A DNA stretch of 62,025 bases, filler included, from Choristocarpus tenellus KU-1152 (Eukaryota > Protista > Phaeophyceae): the NCBI GenBank assembly GCA_964200185.2. It is 8 parts of 8 records of this genome, joined end to end, with 100 filler letters (N's around TTAATTAATTAA, not from the genome) between each part and the next. Parts side by side here need not be neighbours in the genome. Positions count along the whole stretch, not along the records: positions 5,526 to 19,554 come from CAXNAD020001297.1; positions 19,655 to 26,550 come from CAXNAD020007122.1; 6 more parts are not named here. One strand, 5' to 3'. Positions 11,801 to 25,700 of this stretch are shown here, one piece after another. Below the pieces are notes generated by a model that saw nothing but the letters and a program-made list of their open reading frames with translations, searched no databases and had not been told where the DNA came from. The position numbers and the translations under genes were made by a program. The first letter of the stretch is position 1. Each line of letters begins with the position of its first letter.

Positions 11801-14800
11801 CGTGCTCTCCGAGATTTCAATACGCCGAAGATTCCAGCACATGATACACCTATCTTCCTTCGCCTAATTGCGGATTTGTTCATGGGACTTGAGGTTCCTT
11901 CCAAGGTCGACGAATCTTTGAAGGAGAAGGTCATTCACGTTTCAAAGGAAATGGGTCTACAGTTTGATGATGTATTTGTGCTCAAGACAGTGCAATTTCA
12001 GGAATTACTTGATGTCCGACACTCAGTTATGCTTCTGGGACCTGCAGGGAGTGGTAAAACCACTATATGGAAGGTACACCTCTCTGTGTGGACTCAGAAA
12101 GTGAATGTCGTTCAAAGAGTTCTGTCGGGTGCAATGCACAGATCAATGAAGNNNNNNNNNNGAAGAGCAAGTAAAGGTGCCACCAATTCCCACAACAATC
12201 TTGCTCTCTGTTCTTACTTGAACTCCCAAACCTCCCAGGCTTTGGCGGCGACACACAACATGAACAAACCCAAGAAAACATGTGTGGTGGAAACAGTCAA
12301 CCCTAAAGCTGTTACAGGTAAGGAGCATTAGCCCACAACAAACATATAAGCTTGGTTGTTACAAGACACACACAGTTTACCATTTGTTGTGTGTTTTGGT
12401 AGAGATGACAAACTACCACTGATGGCACTTTACACATATCAAAACACGTTGCAGGTGATGAACTGTATGGATACATGACACTTTCGAAGGACTGGAAGGA
12501 TGGCGTCCTGTCAATTATCATGCGTGGCATGTCCAAGAACTTTTCTGATCAGGTGAATATACTTCTCATGAAGAAGGCTTCACAACAGCATAGAATCCTC
12601 GCTTTGATCATGTTCATACCAAGATATCTACAGAGGATCTCAACCTATGTTAAAAGCTGTTTGAGGTAGACAAAACGTTTTTTTCAAAGTCAATGCTGCA
12701 GAAAGTGACAAATCTTAAATCTCATTGCAGGGATTTTATGAGTATCAGACGTACAAGTGGGTGGTGCTGGATGGTGATATTGATGCTGTCTGGATCGAAT
12801 CTATGAATACTGTGATGGATGATAACAAGGTGAGTGTTGCCAAAGTTGCTCTGAGCATCTTGGTTTGGCTGATATCACTCCAAATATTAAATCAAGCCAG
12901 GTATTACTCAAATCTAATGAGGGAGACATTACAATCCCGCTGGCTAAGTGTATCAGAATTTGTATCCTATGTCTCATCATTATCATGATATCCTTCTTCA
13001 CAGTACAAGTGCCATTACTATTCAAGTCGAGGTGTTGATTGGCACCATCCCTGCATTTAATGATGCTGATCACATGTGCTGATCAGGGAGAATTTTCCAT
13101 ACTTCAACTTCCTCCCCAGGTACTCACATTGGTGTCGAATGAGCGAGTGCCTCTCAGCGGTGCAATGCGCATGGTGTTTGAAATCAACTCACTAAAGAAT
13201 GCCACCCCAGCCACGGTGTCCCGAGCCGGTATCTTGTTCATCAATGAGACTGGTGAGAATGTTTCTTGCCCCAAAATAGTCGACTGACTGACCTGTTGTA
13301 CTGAAGATTTGGAAAAGGGTGTCAAAGCAATGGTGCACAATCGTCAGGGGACTCACATAGTTCCAATCAGACTGCAAACGTCTTGTGATCTTTGCCCGCA
13401 TCCATCAGATATTGGATGGAAGCCTTTTGTTGATTCATGGGCGCAGACGCGAGAAGATGCCAACGAGCGCCAGGCCCTCCCGCCACTGTTTGATAAATAT
13501 ATTGAGGCGACAAGCACCATTGTGCGAAAGGGTTTCAAGGAAGTTACTCCGTTGCGTGTCCTCAACAAGGTGATGTGTACACTACAATGATACTCACAGG
13601 TTGGATTTCCCTCAAGACCTTTAAAGTGAGCGTGGCAATTTCTGCAAACACTTTCTTTTAGATGTTCGTGTTCAAGTTGACAGCATGTTGAAGTCGCTAC
13701 AAACAAGTACTCTATTTAATCTTGAGTCCACTCAGCATCCAAGTGCCCTCTCTCACACTTCGCCTCTTGTCCAAAAAAGGTGTGCACCATTGTGTACCTA
13801 CTCGAGGGGCTTTTGGAGTCTGTCCCCCCTGAGAAGAAAAACAATGATATCATGGAGCAGTTCTTTGTGTTTGCCCTCACCTGGGCATTTGGAGGGCCAA
13901 TGGTTGTTGACAAGACTGATGACTATCGCAGGTGAAAAGATTTCCAACCCCAGCAATGATCTATATATAAATATATCATATGTTGGTCTTGTGAATTGTG
14001 TTGTACCATTTTCTAGCATGCCATTTGCTCCCCATGCTCAGAATTTCTATTCTAATAAATCACCGCACGTCAGGTTTAACAACAGCAACCAACCCTACGA
14101 GGTTATTGAGAATGAAAGTATCTTAGAGGTATGAATTTGGCCCTGTTTGTCCATTTGGAGCTTGGCTTCCCATAGGTTTTTTAGTGACATTTTCCTACTC
14201 CAAAATGTTTCAGAGTAGGTAAAATGTATATGTTATGAAAAGGTGTGTTCAGAATATGGATATTGACACTTCCTAATAAACACAATGGCCAAAACTACAT
14301 CAAAGTTGCAACATTGGATTTTGGCCCCCAAATGGACGCAGCTCTACCCTCTAAGATACTTTGGCTCTGATCTAATCACCAAAATGTGCCAGGAAATTCT
14401 CGGAAGAGTTCTTGTCTACCTTTGCCGGGCAAAAACTCCCAAAGGAAGGTCTCTGTTTCGACTACTTCTATGACTGGCAGACTGATCAGTTTGTTGACTG
14501 GGGTACAAAGGTAAGTTCATGAGGCTTGTCTCATGTAAGGCTGCCCCTAGGTTGCACTGAAGCAATTCAAAGAATGAGTTTATACTGGGCTTGCGAGCTG
14601 AATTAATAAGTGCAATTGTGTTTTTGAAATGGAAACCTTCAATCAACATGTAGTACTCTGTTCCAAATCACATTGGCCTGTGTTCACGAAGGTACCTGAA
14701 TACCAGCCGATCCCGATTGGTGGAGGACCTGGTGAGACACCATTCAACCAACTAGCTGTCAAGACAGTTGACACAGTTCGAATGACTTACCTTATGAATC

Positions 14801-17800
14801 AGCTTGTTCGAAAGGGAAAGTTCATGATGCTGGTGGGGACAGCAGGGACTGGAAAGACATCAGTCATCAAAGAGTACCTGCGTAGGTGAAGATAGGAGTA
14901 AATATAGGAGTGGGCTCTAGTAAAACCTGGGGTGGTGCACTAGTGCATTGACTGTCACTCGCCTCTGTTCATGTTTAATTATCAAGGCTGTGGTGTTGCG
15001 ATGGACTTTAAAGAAGAATGTGTTTACTAACTTAACGATAATGTTCATCTTGATTAACTCATGAATGAGGCATTTGTTGAATCCTATTCATGCCTGATAT
15101 TCATGGAGAACATTACACCGACCAACCCCTTACATACATGAGCAGTCTGGACAAAGATGCTGATGGTCTCTTGAGCGTCAACATCAACATGAACTACTTT
15201 ACAGACTCCGCATCGCTGCAACAGGCAAGAGGACATTTCGAAGAGTATGGCAAAAATCGAAGCAACAGTTATTGGTGCAGCATGTTTTTCTCATTTTTTC
15301 AATACTTGCGCAGTCACTTACTTCTATCAAACACAATAGAGAATAGAGCTCTCTTTACTGTTCTTCAGCCCTGCCTCAAGGCTATTGTTCTCAATGAGAC
15401 AAGGTTCCTCCATACTTGAAACAGGTCTATACTTATTCCCCTATAGAGTGTTGCAAAGTTCAGGATGGAACCTGATGAGGAATGTGGGTACATATTTTTA
15501 ATCAAGAATACAATAGCTGAATAATCTAATGTGCTGCAGTCATGGCTTACAATATGTAGAGGTGTTGCAAGTTAAAAAAAATTGTGATCTGATGCATGTT
15601 TGATAAAGGCATGATAGAATATGTGGAACTGAAGTACAAGTATGTGCTGCACCTCTATTCTTTAGGTTGACAGTATATGTTCATTAGGTGGCTATCCAGC
15701 GCTTGAGTTTCACCAAGGTTAATATCAATTATGGAGTATTATTGTTAGAAGAAGAAAATCGAGGGGGCAAGGGGAAAATGACAAACATTTTCACCAACAG
15801 GATGACAGTCTGCATGTCATATTGAGTCAATAGGATGTATTTGGCCTCCAGTTTCCAGCCCTCCCTCAATGTTATTTCTTGTATCATTTTCACTTTTTAA
15901 AAATATTGTTGTTGCTCGTTTTTACTTTTGATACAAAGTGGTTATTGATTTTCAGAATGTCTTAAAAAATACTCTGACATCCACAGTTGGTTCAATGTAA
16001 TACCCTGGTGTTCCTACTATGTGCCCTACACTCAGGAACTAGAGCTAAACATCGACAAGCGATCTGGTCGGCGGTTTGGGCCACCCACATCAAAGCGACT
16101 CATCTGTTTCCTGGATGACATGAACTTGCCGTATGTGGAGACATATGGGACACAAAATTCTATTGCATTGCTCACTCAGCTTGTGGGATACGGGACCATA
16201 TTTGACCGAACAGACCTTGGATTCCGCAAGGAGGTAGGTTTATATGCAATTATAGTAGTTGATTGCCTGAAGCAGCGTTGTAGAATTGAGATCGTGTCAT
16301 CAACTGCCATGGGGTGATAACCAAGGATGCTTTGGGCATTATTCATATATTTATGTATTTTGTAGGGGTTTACCACGTTTTCTAGGAGTACAAGAATGAG
16401 AGATCTGGTTCTGGTAAGCATGGAAGAATCAGCATGGAAGAATCATAGCAACAGACGCAGGTATGTGCATAGTAGTACCTTGAAGGTGCTGTACCTTGTT
16501 GAGAGAATATTATTGTTCTCTTTATCTGGATGGAATGTGTGTGCATGTTAGTACAGGCTTCAAAGCACGGTACATGCTAAACTAAACATTACTTGTAGTG
16601 AACTCCAGGGTTGAAGAAGTCTTCTTCCCTCCAAACACGATATATTGTTCCAATCACAAGGGGACATGATGTACTGAATCTATGGCATACCCCCCTGAGC
16701 ATGCTTACAGCTGAAAACTCTTGGGGGGGGGGAAGGGGTAGTCTCGATATCGACAATTACTGTTTGGTGTGTGAACATTGTGGGCACATGTAGTACATTG
16801 TGGTGAGCGCATTGTATGAATTCATGTTCACCCCATTTATCATGCCCCACATCTGGAGATGTTAAATGAAATAGGGTCCAGTGTCTGTGTGTCTGTTTGA
16901 CGCCTAACATCACCTGAGTTCATTTTCTTCATGGAAAGGTTTCCACCAACAAACCTCAGAGAGGGATGCATGTGTGTGTTTGTGTATTACAGATTGTACT
17001 ATTGCATGACTCCTTATCAAACACAAACAAAAATCATTACTGCATTCCTCCTAATAAACTTTAGCACCAAATATTTCTGGAGTCCAGATTGTGGATGTCC
17101 AGTTCCTGTCTGCAATGAATCCAACAGCAGGCTGTTTTGAGATATGTGAGCGTCTGCAGCGCCAGTTTGCCACCTTCTCATGCCAAATGCCATCAGTTTC
17201 AGATCTCAGGCTCATCTACTCATCAATATTTTCCGGGCACATGATGGGATGGCCTGACAATGTTAGTTCTGTTGCCAATCGTGTTGTGGATGCCAGTATT
17301 GCCATCTATCAACAGGTGAGAGGACCTCTAGAGCGCATCTTCTAATTTTAGAATAGAGCTAATGCAGTAGTTAGAGGTAGTAGGTTTCGATGAATGTGTG
17401 TGTGGTGTTACTGTAGTTGCATTCAGCTCTGGCTTCATCAAAAAGCACAATTGATGGGCATTAGGAGAGGAAGTTGACTTTTGCATGGGATGGAGGTAAG
17501 GCAAAAGAGAATGGTGTCATCACAGTGTGGGGGGGTAGATGCCAGGTCTTCGTTTGTATGTATTCAGTTAGAATAACCCTCGTTCAAGTCTTCCCTTACT
17601 CCATGCACTTCCTCACTCCTTCAGGTTGCACAAAAGTTCCTTCCATCTGCTGTGAAGTTCACATACAACTGGAACATGCGAGAACTTACAAACATATTCC
17701 AGGGCATGTGCCAGGTCTGTGCCTCAAGGAAATTTACCGCAAACTAAGAAATTGCTTTCAAGTTCAAATGATATATATGTCTTATTAATATTTTCTGGTA

Positions 17801-19485
17801 CTCATTATAGTACTGTACTGTAAATAGTACAACTACTGTCAAGGATACGTTAGCAACACCATTTATGCAGAGCTCCCCAAATACAGCTTGACCATGCTGT
17901 TGATAAGATCATGGCCTGGGATGAGGATGCTAGATATGTTTCACATTACCCTCATGCCACCTTCATGACACCTTAGTTACACCTTCATATCACCTTAGTG
18001 ACACCTTCATATCACCTTCATATCACCTTCATGCACACTATGTTATCTCCTCAGTCGGATTCAGATTCATACTCTTCCCCGAAGGATATTGCTCGCTTGT
18101 GGGTGCATGAATTTGAACGAGTCTTCCGAGATAGAATAATCAGTGAAACTGAAATGGAAACTATGGACCAGATACTTGCCGAGGTTGCCAAGAAGAGTCT
18201 AAGCGAGTTCCAGGTATAGCACACTCGGAGGTCAGATTGTCTGGAGGGGCTTTGTTTGTGTGTCCTCACATGTGATATGGGATATGAGATATGGGATATG
18301 GGATATGAGATATGGGATATGAGATATGGGATATGGGATATGAGATATGGGATATGAGATATGGGATATGAGATATGAGATATGAGATATGGGATATGGG
18401 TTATGGGATATGAGATATGGGATATGGGATATGGGATATGGGATATGGGATATGAGATATCCATGACTTCTTCTCGCTATTGATACATAAAACAAAGTCC
18501 TCACATACATACAAGACACAAAAATATTGACTAGTTATTACTTGTGCCAAAATTGAGAGGTTGGGGGAGGATTGCATTGGAAAGTGTTGTATTTGCTGAA
18601 TGTGACGAAAGAGGGTATTTTGTTCTATTTGAGTGAATGTTGATTGTTGCTTTTTTACGTCCATGCTCCCCACAAGGGGGAGTTTATCCTCCATTTCGAT
18701 AAGACTCACACATACTCTTGCCAACTAATGCAAACTTCAGGGTGACATGTTCCAGCAACCAGTGATATTCACAAATTTCTGTGGTAGGGGTACCACAACA
18801 GCATATACCAGTGTTCCTGATGTTGGTCGCCTAAAGACTGTCCTGGATGGAAAACTCCAGGAGTACAACGAAAGCAATGCAATGATGGACCTGGTTCTGT
18901 TCCAACAGGCCATGGCAAGTTAACACCACTCTCTGATTTGGTGGCTTATTCCTTGTGCTTGGCTCCTTCCAGTGACTCAGTTGTACCATGATTTAATTGG
19001 TAAGGTCATGATTGTGTGTATTCTCAGAGCACATATTTTGGATCAATACACTTCACAACTAAACAAGATGATTTAATAAAACTAAAAGACGGAATTAGAC
19101 CATTATTATCACTTGAACTGACATATAGTGTAGAGTACTCACTGTTTAATATTTCTTGTTCGATCCTGGTTGTCCCCGTTTGAGGCATTTGAATGATGCC
19201 TCCCTGCTTACCCCACAGCACTACATGATAGTACAGTTGTTAAAAAGACACCTTGAAGATGCCTTAAACAGAGACCCCAAAGGTCTATTACAGCGATAAA
19301 ATCTGCAAATTCCCATGTCACTGTTGCAGGAGCATGTGACTCGCATTTGTCGCATCATCCAAAGGCCAAGTGGAAATGCAATGCTTATTGGTGTGGGTGG
19401 GTCAGGGAAACAATCTCTCTCACGCTTGTCAGCATTCATCTGTGGTTACGAGGTTCGCCAGCTCTCTGTTACGTCCAACTTCAAG
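5813..19485 (+). CDS. Axonemal outer-arm dynein heavy chain (alpha/beta class), partial: distal tail, linker (DHC_N2), AAA1 to the start of AAA4
   Basis: Phase-consistent exons: 5813-5934, 6083-6220, 6827-6938, 7073-7174, 7801-7941, 8121-8213, 8386-9367, 9561-9742, 9952-10125, 10481-12073, 12239-12317, 12455-12552, 12731-12829, 13120-13252, 13409-13569, 13780-13931, 14393-14510, 14692-14885, 15146-15224, 16036-16233, 17088-17315, 17625-17714, 18055-18213, 18741-18914, 19330-19485. P-loops [32 protein letters not shown]. Dynein motifs [90 protein letters not shown] recalls the alpha-type outer-arm chain (from memory). Confidence 0.97.
14110..14367 (-). mobile_element. MITE family A copy 3 (in dynein intron)
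   Basis: TIRs GAATGAAAGTATCTTAGAGG / TACCCTCTAAGATACTTTGGCTC; TSD TGA (14107-14109 and 14368-14370). Confidence 0.9.
17945..18035. repeat. 11-bp degenerate tandem repeat in dynein intron
   Basis: CACCTTCATAT / CACCTTAGT(T/G)A units repeated ~7 times. Confidence 0.75.
18274..18460. repeat. 7-bp microsatellite (GATATGG/GATATGA)n in dynein intron
   Basis: Direct reading; about 26 units. Confidence 0.95.
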
Positions 19486-19524
19486 GTGATGCTTATGTTT
19501 GATACCTGTGAAGTACCACAATGT

Positions 19525-19554
19525 GACCCAAGGTATCTGGGGGGGGGGGGGGGC
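19525..19554 (+). mobile_element. Left terminus of a family-B TIR element at contig end
   Basis: GACCCAAGGTATCTGGGGGGGGGGGGGGG, near reverse complement of the 5683 end. Confidence 0.55.
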
Positions 19555-19654
19555 NNNNNNNNNNNNNNNNNNNNNNNNNNNNNNNNNNNNNNNNNNNNTT
19601 AATTAATTAANNNNNNNNNNNNNNNNNNNNNNNNNNNNNNNNNNNNNNNNNNNN

Positions 19655-19938
<284 letters not shown>

Positions 19939-20127
19939 CCGCCGCCGCCCCCCCGGCCCAATCGCACCACCTCTTCCTCTTGAGACTAAAACATAAAATA
20001 ATTACCTTGAGGTCATCATTTGCTCAGGTCAAAGCAACATCGCACTTCACACGCCACGCACTGCGTCCCTCTCGAAAAGAAAGGTCCGTAGTCTGAACCT
20101 ACCCCCAACCACCATCCACCTACTCAC

Positions 20128-22778
20128 CTGCTCCTTTTTTGATGCCTGATGAGGAGACCCAGCAGCAGGGCGGAGTGACCCCCTAGAACCAATTCCGCTC
20201 CTTCGTCACGGCTCAAAAAATCCTCGTCGCCCAGCACGCACTCCAGAGCCGCAGGCGCCTTAGGCTCGGCCGACTCTTCCGCTACCTCCCGAGCAACACC
20301 ACACGCCTCCTTATCATTTTTATCAGCTGCCTTATCTCGCCCCCGGACGCCTTCTGTTGACCCAGGCCCCAACAAGTCATAGAAGGCTCGGGTGTGATTG
20401 ATCATGAACCGCGCCAGCAGTTCAGGAGCCGGATACCTCTCGGAGCTAGCGCCGTGCCCAGGACCTGCTGCTGCCTTGTTCAGCCCTGTGCACAGAGTGG
20501 CCTCCTCGATGGCGGATCGATTCTCGGCACTTTCCTCCAGTTCAATGCAGTTGATTAGTGCGCCAAGAGCCAACACCTTGACACACAGAATTTCTCAAGG
20601 GTTAGGTAAGTAGTCAGAGTCACTCGCTACATAAAAAAAAGTATATATATATATATGTGTATGTATATATATATATATATATATTTAACGTGGATGGCAA
20701 AAGTTCTACTCCACAAGCAAGGGTTCAATACCCACACAAGATGTTGGGAGTTCATATTCGAACTGTCAATGAGTGCCATGATGTTCATGCAAAAACTATT
20801 ACCAGAAAAATTCAAGTCACTAACCTGCCCACTACTATCACTGTTAAAAAAAATGGAAAAAATATCAACTTGCAAAAGAACACACCTGAGTATCAAAGTC
20901 ACCACCCCTATTCCCTGCATTTGATCGGCCAGAACTCTGTCCCTTAGGTGCCATCACATTTTCCCCTCCACTGCCTTTACCCCCCATCGGAGTATTCGGA
21001 AAAGAGAGCAGAGATGCCTTCCCTGTGAAGCCCTTTGTGGGACTGTCATCAAGCCTGTTGTCAAGTCCAGACCAATCCTCGCCTTGCACAACACATGCCA
21101 AGAGAGTATCAAGACCCCCCTGAGCACCTGCCTCGGAGCATGTCTGAGGGTCCTGGTGAGTTACATTCATCACCACGTGAAAGGCAGCAAGCATGCAATC
21201 CTGAACCCTTGTTGCCACCTCCTCCCCTAGCAGAGAGTTTCCCCCATCGACTGTGAGCAGAGCAGAGGGTGAACCACAGCTAGTGGGTTGCTTCCTCTTT
21301 AGTAGCACTTGGCAGTGGGCTGCAACTGCCAGACCCACCCTAACCAACTCTAGGCGTTGCCTGGCACGAGAGACCTGGAGGTCTGTCCCACCCCCATCAC
21401 GATACACCAGAGTGGAAGTGGGCCTGTTCAATGTGGCCAAATCTAGGAGCTTCAGTGAAAGAAATAATCTGTGAAGTGAACTCTGTGGTGCTTCGCCAGC
21501 AGCAAGACCATGTCCATCACTTTTGGTTAACCTTTCAAGGGTAGCAATGCCGGCAGACACCAAAGTTACCAAGGTGTCATGGGGGGCAGGGCGAGACAGC
21601 TCGCTGGCGATTGATTGCCTCTTTGCCTCCACATTGCTAATATTGCTCTTCCAATCATGCTGGGAATTGTTAGAGCCAGGGGTATCCAGTGAGCCCTCAT
21701 CGTTTTCATCACCTGCATCTGGGCGGGATGTAGCAGCGACGTTGAAGAGAGCAGCCAATGCGAGATCTCCGTAAGAAACTATATGCCGATTGGCAAGGCC
21801 CCATGGAAGCATGTCGCATAAATCCAACAGCATACGGGCCTGAACAAAATCATCCGTCGAGCCAAAATCGACAATAGTGCTGTGATCATTGCCACCTCCA
21901 TTGACTGAGCGTCCATACACATTTTCATCCCCATCAATGATACAACTCTTCCTGCCTTCAACTTTGTCTCCTTCCTTGATCTTGTTTTCGTGTCTTTCCT
22001 CATCTTCACTTTCAAAGTCGAATATCCCCTTCTCAGGAATTTGAGCAACATGGTCAGGATGATCTGTGCCCCACTGCCTTCTGCTGGAACGTTTCGTCTG
22101 CAACCCCCCACGCCTCATCGATGTTTTTTGGGGAGCGCATCTGTGAGGGCCCTTGGGGACTTCTTTGATAAAGGTCCGAGAGCAGCCTTGCACAAGGGAA
22201 GCAAGGGTGGCAACCAAAAATTCAGGAAACGTCTTCGCCACCAAGGGGTCTTTGCTAAGCAGAAATATGGTAACAGTGAGGCAATAGAGAAGAGCCTCGT
22301 CACATGGTCCACTACCATTTACTGTTGCAAATAGAGCACCCACGAGTTCACCTAGGAACTTGTGCCCACGGACGATCCTTCGTACCTCGTTGGACTTGCA
22401 TGCTTTTGCAAGGGTTACAGCACATGACCTTCCCTTTGCGCCACCGCCCCTCGATTCTTGTAACAGATGCATCAACTCGTCGATCTTAGAATCAAAAGTC
22501 CCAACCAGAGACACCGACAGAGGTTCCACCACTAGCAGCTCTGGAATACTAATACTTCTGGACAAGTAACATCCCCTGTCACTACGAAGCCTCCTTCTCT
22601 TGAGCGATGACGCACCAGAAAGCGTTCCCGACTTGTCATCCCCTCCCTCGGTCAGGTCGCCATCTTGCCAGCACGAACGCTTTGAAACGTACGTACGGAC
22701 ATTACCAGAAACACCACGATCCGGAGGATCCAACTCCACAGTAGTATCCATCACCTCCGTCCTCTTGCCCTTACCCAT
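20128..22778 (-). CDS. WAPL: Wings apart-like (WAPL) cohesin release factor, 3'-partial
   Basis: Exon 22778-20886 (ATG GGT AAG… to …GDFDTQ, GT donor) and exon 20576-20128 (VLALGALINCIE…NR…, GTGAG donor). WAPL-like motifs DCMLAAFHVVMNVTHQD..C, FDTQVLALGALINCIE and LVLGGHSALLLGLL. Disordered N-terminus with KRRR. Confidence 0.85.
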
Positions 22779-25700
22779 GGCCTGTTGACAGGTCAACACA
22801 CTCTCAGCGACGATGCAAATAGGGCGAGAGGGGATGGTTTTCGTAGGAAGTATGTTTTTTTCTAACGGACGTAACTCTATGGAGGCGTCTATTGTGAGGT
22901 GTACGACGTTGTAGTAGTATTTTTTTTAACATACGGGTGTCAAGACATATATATATATATATGCTGACATTTCTTGAACATATTACTATTTTAGGGATAT
23001 ATATCTGATATGTCAATAATTTTCATTGGTTTTCATTTCCCCCTACAAAATGTAACAGGGTAAAATAATACTATATATATATTTTCTTAAATTTAATTAT
23101 AGGGGAGTTCTTTTGATATTAATTTGTCTTTGACAGACCTCTAAAATGGGAGATGGCAGGAAAATATAAATTTTGGAGATGTGTGCGGGGACTTTTTGAG
23201 TGTATATATATAATACGTATGTACAACAAGAAAATTTTCAGGTTGTTGTTAGTGTTGGGGTGTTGAGTGTTGTGAACGGGCTTTGACCCATTCCGTATTC
23301 CATCTTCCATGGAATCCTACTTCTGACAACTGCTTCTATATCCTCCCTCCTCCTGCATCAACGACTCTTTACTTGGTACGACCCGGGTAGTGCCTAACCA
23401 TCCTCTGGATAAGCTGAAGAGCACACTCGAGTACTGGGATTGGAGTCATGGAGCCTCAAGAGGTGAATAGCACACAGGTCAGAAAAACATTACCATCTAT
23501 ATACCGTTCCCTCCACCCCAACTTCTAAGGCTTGATCAGTGGAAACCTTTGGACTGGAAGCTGGAACAGGGTGTAGTTTATTGGTGATTGCTGTCTCTAC
23601 TTCACTTCGGCACTTTGGGGGGGATTGGAACGTCCCTTTCTTCAAAAAGAATGCTCAGGTGGATATCCGTAACCCATCACTCCTCTCCATCACCGATATA
23701 TTGTGCTCTTGTTGCGCAGGTTTCAGTCCCAATGACTACGCACTACAACACACGACGGCGAGGGGCTATAACCCCGAACTCGGTAGAGGCCCTTCAATGC
23801 ATCCAAGCCGCCAGGGATTTCTTGGCCCAAGAGCAAGCACGCGAAGCAGGTGAGCCATCACAGGAGGTTGAAATGGTCAGGCTTGAATTGGTCGGTTGCT
23901 TGCGGTGGTCTTGACTGCTGCATCAGAAGCATAGTCAGCATGCAAGACAAATGCCAGTGTTGCACGTCTTGCTTAACTTCGCAGGGCACTGGATGATCGA
24001 GGATAGGCTACCACGCAGATTGAAACTTCGTCCCTTGCTTCTCTTGAGGCTTCTGCAAGATCTGAATGTATTTAAGGATACCAAGGGACCATACCGCAAT
24101 GCTCATCTAGTACGTTCTCGCATTCTTTCATTTGATTGGTACAAGTATAGCATGACACTCTGATATTTTCCGCGTTACGCGCTGTAATGCGTTGTACAAC
24201 ACGATGTATTGACGCGATACGTCGTGGCACGGATGGGTCCTTTTAACCTCCTGTAGAATCTCTTGCCAGGGAGTTGTGGACAGGTCCCAGGCCCGTGATT
24301 TACCCTTGCAAAAGTGCAATCTTGAAGTGTTGCCTCACGGCAACAATACATGTTGGATGACACCTGTGGTGGCTTACTCGAACTTTCCCCTCCCTCCCCA
24401 ATGAAATGTCAGTAAAAGCATATGCCATGTCTCGCCTAGTTTTCTTCTTTCAGTGAACCTGCTGACATTCCTGTGCCCTCTTACAATGTGGCAGGAGGAT
24501 TATCAGAGGCAATGGCGCTGCTCAATGTGTCTTCGAACCAAATGGCAACTACCGACCAGTGTGCAGGGGCTCCACAGTAGCTCTGCCAGAAAGATGAAAC
24601 CTTCCCGTAGAAGGTCACGAGGGTCGCCATGCAATGCACCTTTGACGAAAATTCTTTCGGATGTACATATGTAAGCGATTCTAGCAGGTCTCCTGTTTAT
24701 GTCATGAATAAACAAATTTTGCATTGATTCCCCTGCCCGACCTTGATTGAATGTCGAATATCGAGGTGGTGAGTAGGGCTGAAAGACCCGCCACACATAA
24801 TACCATCAAGAGCATGGGCAGGACATGTAGATCACCTTGGTTGATGACGATGTTTCTTCAGCGTTTTTTTTTTGGAGTTACGGGATTCTCTCAATTCATG
24901 GACTGTGATCAAATTACAAAATAGGTTGTAGGGCAGAGGTTGGGTGCACGCCAACAGCTCTACATGTATGGAACATTTGTCTTTTATGTTTGTGCAGCAC
25001 ATGTGCCTTTTTTTCTGGAGTAATAATTGTTTGCGTAAATGTTATTATGTGATGTGTGATAATACACTTTTGAGGTGCATTCCTTTTTTATTATATCTGT
25101 AAGGAAATGGGGGTTACAATGGTAAACTATTTTAGAAGTAATAACTGTGATGTCAGTGCAATGGAAATGTCTTTCCGATTGAACTTCCTGAAGGGTCCTA
25201 GTGTTGTGTTTATGTGAACTCTCCCCAGGTATGAAAAATATTTGTAGCTTTTTGAAACTCGAACGGTCAGTCCGTTCTGTTCCGTAGTGGATACGCATTT
25301 GAAGAACAGTTTTTTTTTTCATCTGCTGCAACTCAAATGTTTCATTACAATGTCCTACTCCTGTAGAGCTAGCTGGAACTGCAAAATATATATGCAGCAC
25401 ATGCAGTCCCGAATAATTTCGGGTGATCTCCTGCTGTTTGTTATCAAACCAATTCAGTTTAATATTAGCAATCTTTGCTTTAAAAAAAAATGACAAGTGT
25501 GAGAGCAACTATCTGGGTTGCACGCTGAGTCTTGCTCCGTCACTGTCCTTGTGAAACTTCGCTTGACAACGCCTGCTTGTCGAAATAATTCAACACATTA
25601 GTGTTGAGGGTGCGACCGATACATGAAGGTTGGTCCCCTGTTTTTGATATTGAAACTATGAGCTGGAACTGTACATAACTGTGAAAATTGAGCTTCGATG

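Noticed and set aside
18051-18724. Minus-strand ISHIPY-repeat ORFs (and the poly-SL ORF at 19603-19893)
   Set aside because: These are translations of microsatellites.
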